Assembly: GCA_036759545.1 (NCBI GenBank)
Contig: DAIOUL010000001.1
Coordinates: 5,983-69,982 of the forward strand
Source: Rhodanobacteraceae bacterium
Lineage (GTDB): Bacteria; Pseudomonadota; Gammaproteobacteria; Xanthomonadales; Rhodanobacteraceae
Length of the DNA: 64,000 nt
Direction of reading: 5' to 3'
Below, one piece after another: positions 36,475 to 44,754 of the stretch; within the stretch, counting starts at the first letter, position 1; each line of letters begins with the position of its first letter. Under the pieces are notes generated by a model. It searched no databases and was not told the DNA's origin. It worked only from the letters and a program-made list of their open reading frames with translations. Made by a program: the position numbers and the translations under genes.

Positions 36475-37491
36475 ATGGATGACAGCGAAATCCGGCTATT
36501 GCGCGGCGCAGCGGAAACCGCCCACAATGGCGCCTCCAGGGCGCGCAGCGAAAAGCCGCCTCTGTCGCACGCCGATGGGCGCGAAGGGCAACGTGGTTCG
36601 CCGATGCAGCGCGTCAAGATCGACAGACCCATTTTCGTCGTCGGCGTCGGCCGCAGCGGCTCGAGTATTTTTCATCAGATGTTCGCCGAACATCCGGACT
36701 TGGTCTGGTTGTCCACCTTGTGCGATCTGCTCCCGTTCAATCTCGGGCCGCACCGCACACTGATGCGGATGATCGACTGGCCCTTGCTCGGTTCCCTGCT
36801 GAAGCGCCGCTACGAACCCGCGGAATGTTACGTGTTCTGGAATCACCACTGCCTGGGATTTCGCCAGCCATTTCGCGATTTGCTGGCGTCGGATGTGAGC
36901 GAACTGAACCGGCGGCAGGTGCATCGGGTGATGGGTGCATTGCCGGTCGGACGCAGGCAACGGTTGCTCTACAAGATCACCGGCTGGCCGCGGATCGGAT
37001 TTCTGCATGAGCTGTTTCCGGACGCACGCTTCATCCACGTCTACCGCGATGGGCGCGCCGTGGCGAATTCGCTGCTGGCGGTAGATTTCTGGCAAGGCTG
37101 GCATGGTCCGCCGCAATGGCGCTGGGGCGCGTTGTCTCCCGAGCACCAGGCCGAATGGGAGCGACACGGCAAATCTTTCGTCGCCTTGGCGGGAATTCAG
37201 TGGAAGTTGTTGATGGACGCCACCGCCGAAGCGGCAGCGCGCATCCCTCCCGGGCAGTTCATGGCTATCCGCTACGAGGAATTCGTTACCGACCCTTTGT
37301 CCAATTTCAAGCAGGTCGTGGAATTTTGCGGGCTGGACTGGTCCCGCAAATTCGAGAAAGCGATCGCTTCGTATACGCTGGAAACCGCCAATGGCAAATG
37401 GCGCGAGGATCTCACCCCGCCTCAGCAGGCAATCCTGCAATCGGTGCTTGCTGAAAGCTTGGTGAAATACGGCTACTCACCGGACGCTTGA
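36475..37491 (+). CDS. sulfotransferase family protein (Sulfotransfer_3/PF13469-like)
   Basis: ATG at 36475 follows GAGGGG; a later candidate ATG at 36604 lies just before the P-loop. The PAPS-binding loop is IFVVGVGRSGSSIFHQMF and the 3'-PB-like motif is FIHVYRDGRAVANSL. It starts 10 nt after the ATP-grasp stop. Confidence 0.75.
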   Translation: MDDSEIRLLRGAAETAHNGASRARSEKPPLSHADGREGQRGSPMQRVKIDRPIFVVGVGRSGSSIFHQMFAEHPDLVWLSTLCDLLPFNLGPHRTLMRMIDWPLLGSLLKRRYEPAECYVFWNHHCLGFRQPFRDLLASDVSELNRRQVHRVMGALPVGRRQRLLYKITGWPRIGFLHELFPDARFIHVYRDGRAVANSLLAVDFWQGWHGPPQWRWGALSPEHQAEWERHGKSFVALAGIQWKLLMDATAEAAARIPPGQFMAIRYEEFVTDPLSNFKQVVEFCGLDWSRKFEKAIASYTLETANGKWREDLTPPQQAILQSVLAESLVKYGYSPDA

Positions 37492-37818
37492 CTGGAAGAT
37501 CCTCCTTCGCCCGGATTCGACACCGTTCCCTTGCGGCTCGCATCGCATGCTCTTTTGCGCCTTAAACCATGTATACGGTCAAGTGCAGCGGCATTCTTGC
37601 GCTCTTCGCGTGCCAGGCGCGTACGGGATAAGTTTGCCGGCGACTGCCGCTACGTAATCGGGGACCAAAGTGGACGCGAACGAGCAGAACTAGAAGGCCG
37701 TGGTCATCGGCTGTTGCGTATCAATCGATTTTGTTCAGGTGATCAGTGGATGTTGCACCTCAGTGCCTCGGTAAATCGCGGTTAAGTCCAACCTTGGCAC
37801 ACATCAAGGGGCGATAGC

Positions 37819-38484
37819 ATGAAGCAGCTGCTCAAGAAGGTCGCATCGCGCCTACCTCATAGGGCTCAACAGGAGTTGAAGAGAAGATATTTCGCGAGGC
37901 AGATCAAGTACGGAAATTTCAGAACGGCCGAGCCTGAATATGACATGTTGTCATCGCTAGTAGGGAAAGGGGATTGGGTGATCGATATCGGTGCGAATAT
38001 CGGACACTATGCTTTGCGCTTATCCGAGCTCGTCGCAACCGATGGGAGAGTAATTGCTTTCGAACCCGTGCCGGAAACTTTTGAGTTATTGGCTGCCAAT
38101 GCAAGCCTCAGCATGTTTTCCAATCTGACGTTGATAAATGCCGCGGTATCGAACGCGGTCCGCATGAGTGGAATGATGATTCCGAAATTCCGGGACACCG
38201 GCCTGGGAGACTGCTACGAGGCGGAATTGACGTCAGCAGATTCCGCATTGCAAGTGTTTTGCCTGACGTTAGACTTGCTAAACCTTCCACACCAAATTCG
38301 ATTGGTGAAGATCGACGTAGAGGGCCACGAACTTTCGGCGCTGCAGGGCATGGTCGAACTTCTCCGTCGCGATCATCCGTTGCTGATCGTCGAGGACAAT
38401 GACCCTCGTGTATCCGCTTTTCTGATGGATTTCGGCTATCGGCATGAGAAAGTCGCCGGCTCAAGCAATTTGGTATTCCGATGA
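37819..38484 (+). CDS. FkbM-family SAM-dependent methyltransferase
   Basis: ATG at 37819. The sequence reads GDWVIDIGANIGHYALRLSELVATDGRVIAFEPVPETFELL ... KIDVEGHELSALQG. The gene is conspicuously less GC-rich than its neighbours. Confidence 0.8.
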   Translation: MKQLLKKVASRLPHRAQQELKRRYFARQIKYGNFRTAEPEYDMLSSLVGKGDWVIDIGANIGHYALRLSELVATDGRVIAFEPVPETFELLAANASLSMFSNLTLINAAVSNAVRMSGMMIPKFRDTGLGDCYEAELTSADSALQVFCLTLDLLNLPHQIRLVKIDVEGHELSALQGMVELLRRDHPLLIVEDNDPRVSAFLMDFGYRHEKVAGSSNLVFR

Positions 38485-39479
38485 CAAAAACAGAAACCAT
38501 CCTGGTCACCGGAGGCGCGGGTTACATCGGAAGCCACGTGGTGCTGCAACTCGTCGAGGCCGGCGAACGGGTGGTGGTGCTGGACGATCTCAGCGCGGGC
38601 TTCCGGGAAGCGGTGATCGGTGCGGAACTGATCGTGGGCAATGTCGGCGATCCGCAACTGGTCGCGCGTGTACTGCGCGAAAACGACGTCGACACGGTGA
38701 TGCATTTCGCCGCGCGCACGATCGTGCCCGAATCGGTGGCAGATCCGCTGCGCTATTACGGCAACAACACCTGCGCCACGCGCAATCTGCTGGCCTGCTG
38801 CAAGGACGCGGGGGTCGCGCACTTCGTGTTCTCGTCCACGGCCGCGGTTTACGGCATCCCGGCGGGCGGCGTTGCGGATGAAGACACGCCGACCGTGCCG
38901 ATCAACCCGTACGGCACATCCAAATTGATGAGCGAGTGGATGTTGCGGGATCTGGCCGCTGCGGGCGGGCCGCGTTATGCGGCACTGCGCTATTTCAACG
39001 TGGCCGGCTGCGATCCGCAGGGCCGCATCGGCCAGTCGACGAAAAACGCGACGTTGCTGGTCAAGGCCGCATGCGAAGCCGCGCTCGGCAAACGGCCGGC
39101 CCTGGCGATTTTCGGTACGGATTACGACACGCCGGATGGAACCGGCGTTCGCGACTACATCCACGTGGACGACCTGGCGCGCGCGCATCTCGACGCGCTT
39201 GCGTATCTGCGCGGCGGTGGCGAGTCGGTCACGCTCAATTGCGGGTACGGCCATGGCTACTCGGTGCGCGAAGTGCTGGCCGCCGTCGGCCGGGCCAACG
39301 GCGTGCCGGTGCCTTATGTGGAGCGGCCGCGGCGGGCAGGCGACCCGCCGTCGCTGATCGCGAAGTCGCGCCGTATCCGCGAAGTGCTGGGATGGCGGCC
39401 GCGCCACGATGATCTGGACTTCATCGCGCGGACGGCATTGGAGTGGGAACGGAAGTTGCGGGCCGAAAGCTGTGCCTAA
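38481..39479 (+). CDS. galE: UDP-glucose 4-epimerase
   Basis: The ATG at 38481 overlaps the upstream stop (ATGA). Motifs are ILVTGGAGYIGSHVVLQL, VFSSTAAVYG, YGTSKLMSE (YxxxK), YFNVAG and RDYIHVDDLA. Length is 332 aa. Confidence 0.9.
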   Translation: MTKTETILVTGGAGYIGSHVVLQLVEAGERVVVLDDLSAGFREAVIGAELIVGNVGDPQLVARVLRENDVDTVMHFAARTIVPESVADPLRYYGNNTCATRNLLACCKDAGVAHFVFSSTAAVYGIPAGGVADEDTPTVPINPYGTSKLMSEWMLRDLAAAGGPRYAALRYFNVAGCDPQGRIGQSTKNATLLVKAACEAALGKRPALAIFGTDYDTPDGTGVRDYIHVDDLARAHLDALAYLRGGGESVTLNCGYGHGYSVREVLAAVGRANGVPVPYVERPRRAGDPPSLIAKSRRIREVLGWRPRHDDLDFIARTALEWERKLRAESCA

Positions 39480-39520
39480 TCGTCAGTCTTTCTGCGCGCT
39501 GGAGGAGGTACTCGTTCCAC

Positions 39521-40702
39521 ATGCGCCAGCTTCGTGTCGTACTGATCACCAATGCGTTCTTGCCGCACGCAGGCGGTTCGCGGTTGCTTTACTACCACCT
39601 TTTCAAGCAGATCGCGGCGCCCGATTGCGAAGTGACGATAGTCACCGGCAAGGTGCCGGGATGGCGGGCGTTCGATGCGCGCGAACAGACGCGGTCGTTC
39701 AGGATCAAGCGGTACTTCAAGCCGTTGCTCGATCACAGCTATTTCCAATTGCCGAAGATGATCGGCCCCGTCGCGGCAGGCGCGCTGACTTCGCTGTTTC
39801 GCCGGGCGGACGTGGTTTGCTGCGGCGACCTGTTTCCGGCGGGCTTGACCGGTCTCGCGCTGAAGAAGGCATTCGGTTTTCCTTTGGTCACTTTTTGCCA
39901 CGGGGAAGACGTGACATTGACGGACCAGCGCCGCTTTCAGCCCAAGGTTCGCGACAGGATTTTCTCAGCAGCAGATGCCGTCATCGCAAACGGCGGGTTT
40001 GCGGTTGAAAATCTGCGGCGCATCGGTGTGCACGATTTGAAAGTCCACAAGATTACCCCCGGTGTCGACACGTCCGCCTTTTTTCCGGATGCGCCGGACG
40101 ATGCATTGCGGCGGCGCTATGGCATCCGCGAGGAACTCGTCATCCTGACCGTGGCACGGTTGGTGCCGCGCAAGGGACACCGCTACGTGATGAGCGCGCT
40201 GGCGGCACTTGCGAGTGAGATTCCGCCGTTCAAGTACTTGATCGTCGGGCAAGGTTCCGAGGAAGCTGCGTTGCGATCCCTGGCTGAAACATTGAAGTTG
40301 CAGGACAAGGTGGTGTTTGCAGGCTTCGTACCCGGGCACGATCTGAACAATCATTACAATCTGGCCGACGTCGTAGTGATGCCCAACATCTCCGAAGCCG
40401 GAGATCTGGAAGGCTTCGGGATGGTATTCCTTGAAGCCAATGCGGCAGGCAAGCCGGTGATCGGAGGACGCTCCGGCGGTACCGCCGAAGCCGTGGTGGA
40501 TGGCCGCACCGGCATTCTGGTCGATCCCGAGCAGGGCGGACAGTTGGCAGACGCCTTGCGCCTGCTGCTCACGGATGCGGCGTCGCGCCGCAACATGGGT
40601 GAGGCGGGATTGCATAGAGTGGGATCGGAATTCGGATGGGACACACGTGCGAGAACATTCAGGCGGATTCTGGACGACGTGGTAACGAATTACAGCGGAT
40701 AA
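39521..40702 (+). CDS. glycosyltransferase family 4 (GT-B)
   Basis: ATG at 39521 with GGAGGAGG upstream. The sequence reads LRVVLITNAFLPHAGGSRLL ... EGFGMVFLEANAAGKPVIGGRSGGTAEAVVDGRTGILVDP (E-x7-E region). Confidence 0.85.
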   Translation: MRQLRVVLITNAFLPHAGGSRLLYYHLFKQIAAPDCEVTIVTGKVPGWRAFDAREQTRSFRIKRYFKPLLDHSYFQLPKMIGPVAAGALTSLFRRADVVCCGDLFPAGLTGLALKKAFGFPLVTFCHGEDVTLTDQRRFQPKVRDRIFSAADAVIANGGFAVENLRRIGVHDLKVHKITPGVDTSAFFPDAPDDALRRRYGIREELVILTVARLVPRKGHRYVMSALAALASEIPPFKYLIVGQGSEEAALRSLAETLKLQDKVVFAGFVPGHDLNNHYNLADVVVMPNISEAGDLEGFGMVFLEANAAGKPVIGGRSGGTAEAVVDGRTGILVDPEQGGQLADALRLLLTDAASRRNMGEAGLHRVGSEFGWDTRARTFRRILDDVVTNYSG

Positions 40703-40755
40703 TCTCGCAGAGCGTTGGCGCCAATTGAAAGTCTTGGCGTCGCCGGGAGAAAAGG

Positions 40756-42423
40756 ATGTTCACAAAACCGGTGCGTCTGGCTGCCGTGGCGGTGTTCTTG
40801 GCTTGCGGTTCGACTATTTCGAACCATGTTTCGGCTTCGACGTATTACATCCGTACAGACGGCGGCACCGCGGCGCAATGCACGGGGCTCGCCGATGCGG
40901 CTTATCCGGGCAGCGGCAGCGCCAGGGCGTGCGCTTGGAAATCTCCGATGGAAGCGCTGCCGCCTCGTGCCGACAACCAGCCGAACAAACCACGTATCGC
41001 CGGCGGCGATACGCTGATCATCGGCCCGGGCAGCTACATGATCGGCTACAGCGCGGTCGCGCGCGAAGCCTATGGCTCGAACGTGTGCGACGCGAACTAC
41101 CCGTATGATTGCGTACCGCAAGCAGTGCCTTCCGGCCCTGATCCGCTGCATCCAACCGTGATCAAGGGCGCATCCTGCATCGCCAAACCGCAGCTGTGGG
41201 GCACGCAAGGAGCGTCGCACGTTCTTTCGCTGGACGGTTCGAGCAATGTCAGGCTCGAATGCCTCGAACTTACCGATCATTCCCCATGCATCGTGTTCTA
41301 CAAACCCGATCCGCGCTTCGCCTGCAGCCGCAGTTGGGGAAAGGATGTCGGCTCCTGGGCATTGGCCGGATTGCACGCGCAGGATTCCGGCCAGGTCACG
41401 TTGCAGGATCTGGACATCCACGGCTTTGCGAGCGACGGGGTGAATGCGGGCCGGCTGCATGACTGGACCGCGCGGCGTGTGGCGATCCGCGCGAACGGGT
41501 GGAGCGGATGGAACGGCGATCTGGGCGGCAACAACCACTCGTCCGCGAATTCCGGCAAGCTCGTCTTCGATCAGTTGACCATTGCGTGGAGCGGTTGCGC
41601 GGAGAACTATCCGGATTCGGCCATCATCAATTGCTGGGGGCAGGAAGAGGGGGGTTACGGTGACGGTTTTGGCGAAGCCTGGACGGGGGGCGACTGGATA
41701 TTCACCCGCGCGGACATCCACGACAACACGCAGGACGGCCTGGATCTGCTCTACAACAATGGAACCGGCAGCACGAAGGTGGTGCAGAGCCGGTTCTATG
41801 GCAATGCCGGCAATCAAGTGAAGATTTCGGGCCCATCCTCGATCGTCAACTCGATCGTGGTAGGGAACTGCATGTGGACGCAACAGAAAGCGGGCACAAC
41901 GATGCTCGGGGCGATGCAGTCTGCAGACGACTGCCGCGCGCTGGGTTCGGCGGTCGAAGTGGATTTCCCATTGTCGAACCAGCTCTCGACGCTGGCATTC
42001 AATACCATCACCGGACAGGGTGACGGTCTGGTCGATGCATCGCAAACCGGAAAAGGCAACAAGGTGGTGCTGGCCAACAACATCCTGGACGGAAGGCACA
42101 GCGACAAACGCGGCGATGAATCTACGTTCGGATACTACGGGGGCGATGACAATCCGGTTGCGGTGAGCTGGATCGGCAATCTCGTCCACGGGATCCGGCA
42201 CGGCTCTTGTCCCGGCGGTTCGATCTGCAGTGATCCGATGCTGCGCGATTCCGATTTCGCACGCTATGATCCTGCGCTGGAACCGGGGTCTCCCGCGATC
42301 GCGGCGGCTTCAGCGAAAGTGAGTATCGGTACGGACTTTCAGGGAAAGCCGAGGTCCGCCCACGCCAGCGTCGGTGCGCTCGAATACTCAACTTCGCCCA
42401 AGCGCGACCGACCTCGTCACTAG
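40756..42423 (+). CDS. secreted Cys-rich right-handed parallel beta-helix repeat protein (paralog 1)
   Basis: ATG at 40756 with GGGAGAAAAGG upstream. A signal peptide ends ...HVSA|STYYIRTDGG. Repeated short beta-helix-like turns are present (LHAQDSGQVTLQDLDIHGFASDGVNAG, IHDNTQDGLDLLY, FYGNAGNQVKISG). Function is not assignable from sequence alone. Confidence 0.65.
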   Translation: MFTKPVRLAAVAVFLACGSTISNHVSASTYYIRTDGGTAAQCTGLADAAYPGSGSARACAWKSPMEALPPRADNQPNKPRIAGGDTLIIGPGSYMIGYSAVAREAYGSNVCDANYPYDCVPQAVPSGPDPLHPTVIKGASCIAKPQLWGTQGASHVLSLDGSSNVRLECLELTDHSPCIVFYKPDPRFACSRSWGKDVGSWALAGLHAQDSGQVTLQDLDIHGFASDGVNAGRLHDWTARRVAIRANGWSGWNGDLGGNNHSSANSGKLVFDQLTIAWSGCAENYPDSAIINCWGQEEGGYGDGFGEAWTGGDWIFTRADIHDNTQDGLDLLYNNGTGSTKVVQSRFYGNAGNQVKISGPSSIVNSIVVGNCMWTQQKAGTTMLGAMQSADDCRALGSAVEVDFPLSNQLSTLAFNTITGQGDGLVDASQTGKGNKVVLANNILDGRHSDKRGDESTFGYYGGDDNPVAVSWIGNLVHGIRHGSCPGGSICSDPMLRDSDFARYDPALEPGSPAIAAASAKVSIGTDFQGKPRSAHASVGALEYSTSPKRDRPRH

Positions 42424-42679
42424 ATTCGGATCGAGATTGCTCCGGCCGTTTGCGGCGGCGAGCACGGGCAAGTTCAGTCTTTTACCAGTGATGTGGCTCA
42501 CAGCCGTTTCCCATATACGTCTGCGCACCGGACCGAATGATAAGAATTGTGAACTCAATCACCGGGGTGCTTGATCGAGCTCTGTAAGGTAGCCGCCGCC
42601 TGGATGGCACCGTGGGTTGGCGGGGAACCACACACGGACTCCGTTGCTGGATGCAGCTTCAATCCACGGAGCAGAGCAA

Positions 42680-44569
42680 ATGCCCAAGTATTGGTTCAGG
42701 TGCGGCTTGGCCGCACTCATGGTGTGGTGCGCTTTCGCGATCTTCAACACGGCATCGGCGACCACTTATTACGTTCGTACCGATGGCGGTACTCCCACGC
42801 AATGTACCGGACTGGCGAACGCCGCCTACTCCGGCAGCGGCAGTGGTCAATCCTGCGCGTGGCATTCACCGATGGATGCGCTGCCTCCGGCAGCCAGCAA
42901 TCAGCCGAACAAGGCTCGCATCAAGGGCGGCGACACGCTCGTGATCAATTCCGGCAGTTACATGATCGGATACAGCTCGAGTGCACAAAGCCAATATGGT
43001 GTGAACGTTTGCGCTATCAATTACCCGTATCTTTGCGTGCCTCAGCCCGTGCCGTCAGGCCCGGATGCCCAACATCCAACCGTGATCAAGGGTGCGTCCT
43101 GTACGGCGCCGCCCGTGTTGTGGGGAACGCAGGGTGCGCAGACAATCCTTTCTCTGGACGGCAGCAACAATGTGTCGATCCAATGCCTCGAGCTGACCGA
43201 TCATTCGCCCTGCATCGTCTATTACAAGCCCAGCGCGTCGGGTCAATGCAATCGCAATTGGGGCCAGGATGTCGGAACCTGGGCCGACATGGGAATTCAT
43301 GCGCAGGATTCCGGCAATGTGAGTCTGCAGAATCTCAACATCCACGGCTTCGCCGACCGGGGCGTGAATGCCGGGCGCATCCACGACTGGAATGTGTCGA
43401 ACGTCATCGTGCGCGCGAATGGCTGGGCCGGCTGGGACGGCGATCTCGGCGGCAACAACCACAACTCCAGCAATTCCGGCACCCTCACGTTCGATCAGTT
43501 GACAGTCGAATGGAACGGTTGTGCGGAAGCGTATCCCGCAACCACGATCATCAACTGTTGGGGCCAGAACGAGGGCGGCTATGGTGATGGCTTTGCCGAA
43601 GCATGGACCGGCGGCAATTTCGTCTTCACCAATTCGCAGTTCCTCCACAATTCGTCCGATGGACTGGATCTGCTCTACGCGAATGGCACCGGTTCGATCA
43701 TGCTGGACCGTGTGTACGCCGCGTACAGCGCCGGAAACCAGATCAAGACTTCCGGAACCGCGACGCTGCAGAACAGCGTGATCGACGGGTACTGCAACGA
43801 TTGGCAGCCGCCGATGCCGATTGCCGGTGATGGCAGCTCGGGAGTCGCCGGAACCATGTGCCGGGCCGATGGCACGGCGGTCGTGATGGAGTTCGTCGGC
43901 AAGAGCGAAAAAGTCCTGCTCCAGTACAACACGATCACCGGCAATGGTGACACCCTCTTCGTCGGGGGCAGCGAATCGATGACACCCGACGCTTCGGACG
44001 TGACCACCTTCAGCAACAATATCTGGCTGGGTCAGCACAGCGTCATTCCGCGTGACGATGGCGGCTACACCGCGCTGGACTATTACTCGGACGGCACCTA
44101 CTACGGTGTGGTCAACTACCAGAACAATCTCATCTGGAACGTCAAGAACAACTTCTGCCCTTCCGGCAACGTCTGCAAGGATCCGAAACTCGCGAACGAA
44201 ACGCTGGCCAGCTTCGACGCCACGCTGCTGTCGGGCAGTCCCGCGATCGGTGCAGCCAAGGGCGGAGTAGTGCTGGCGTATGACTACGACGGCAACACAC
44301 GCAAGAATCCCACCAGCATCGGGGCCGTCGAATATGGCAGCACCGGGTCGGGTGGCGGCGGCGGCGCTCCTCCTCCTCCTGTCGTGCCGCCGCGTGCGCC
44401 GGGCCATCCACTCTGCAAATGGAAGTTCTGCAACCGGATCATGAGTGGTGCGGGCGAGCAGGCATATCCGAGCACGGGAAGCTATCGCGCTCCGGTGCCT
44501 TACACAGCACCCGCGAAGCCCTATACGCCGCGCACGCCGTACAGCACGGTTGACCAAAACAAGTTGTAG
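42680..44569 (+). CDS. secreted Cys-rich right-handed parallel beta-helix repeat protein (paralog 2) with Gly/Pro/Tyr-rich C-terminal tail
   Basis: The ORF 42617..44569 was trimmed to the ATG at 42680 (GGAG upstream). The signal peptide is MPKYWFRCGLAALMVWCAFAIFNTASA|TTYYVRTDGG. The protein is collinear with the 40756..42423 product. Confidence 0.65.
   Translation: MPKYWFRCGLAALMVWCAFAIFNTASATTYYVRTDGGTPTQCTGLANAAYSGSGSGQSCAWHSPMDALPPAASNQPNKARIKGGDTLVINSGSYMIGYSSSAQSQYGVNVCAINYPYLCVPQPVPSGPDAQHPTVIKGASCTAPPVLWGTQGAQTILSLDGSNNVSIQCLELTDHSPCIVYYKPSASGQCNRNWGQDVGTWADMGIHAQDSGNVSLQNLNIHGFADRGVNAGRIHDWNVSNVIVRANGWAGWDGDLGGNNHNSSNSGTLTFDQLTVEWNGCAEAYPATTIINCWGQNEGGYGDGFAEAWTGGNFVFTNSQFLHNSSDGLDLLYANGTGSIMLDRVYAAYSAGNQIKTSGTATLQNSVIDGYCNDWQPPMPIAGDGSSGVAGTMCRADGTAVVMEFVGKSEKVLLQYNTITGNGDTLFVGGSESMTPDASDVTTFSNNIWLGQHSVIPRDDGGYTALDYYSDGTYYGVVNYQNNLIWNVKNNFCPSGNVCKDPKLANETLASFDATLLSGSPAIGAAKGGVVLAYDYDGNTRKNPTSIGAVEYGSTGSGGGGGAPPPPVVPPRAPGHPLCKWKFCNRIMSGAGEQAYPSTGSYRAPVPYTAPAKPYTPRTPYSTVDQNKL
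44354..44380 (+). repeat. in-frame trinucleotide repeats (GGC)4-GCT-(CCT)4
   Basis: Read directly: ggc ggc ggc ggc gct cct cct cct cct. This encodes GGGGAPPPP in the linker of beta-helix paralog 2. Confidence 0.85.
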
Positions 44570-44588
44570 AAAAACACGAGCGAGTTGG

Positions 44589-44626
44589 AAAAAACGGCTC
44601 ATGCGTGCATGAGCCGTTTTCTTTTG
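44589..44626 (+). terminator. Rho-independent terminator
   Basis: It lies 20 nt after the TAG at 44567-44569. The perfect 11-bp stem is AACGGCTCATG (44593-44603) / CATGAGCCGTT (44608-44618) with loop CGTG, followed by TTTCTTTTG. Confidence 0.75.
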
Positions 44627-44754
44627 CGCGCGGAACGTTCACCGCTGCTCGACAGTGACCAGGGAATGTCACTGCCTGGCGCCCGCACTGGTTAGAATCG
44701 AACGACCCGGGCAGTGATCGCTCGGGCCCTTTGTTGCGAGAGTCCAGCGGGGAC

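Larger units (their letters stand above)
40756..44569 (+). repeat. tandem gene duplication (two beta-helix paralogs)
   Basis: The protein-level collinearity can be read directly. Examples are STYYIRTDGGTAAQCTGLADAAY / TTYYVRTDGGTPTQCTGLANAAY, HPTVIKGASC in both, LELTDHSPCIV in both, IINCWGQEEGGYGDGFGEAWTGG / IINCWGQNEGGYGDGFAEAWTGG, and SGSPAI near both ends. Confidence 0.8.

Noticed and set aside
37531-37785. An 84-aa ORF in the low-GC spacer upstream of the FkbM gene.
   Set aside because: It begins with TTG, has no obvious RBS and an Arg/Ser/Leu-rich composition, and contains no motif. I treat it as non-coding spacer.
44400-44569. A PEP-CTERM sorting signal at the C-terminus of beta-helix paralog 2 (and of paralog 1 at ~42350-42423).
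   Set aside because: No Pro-Glu-Pro motif followed by a hydrophobic helix and a basic cluster is present. The tails are hydrophilic.
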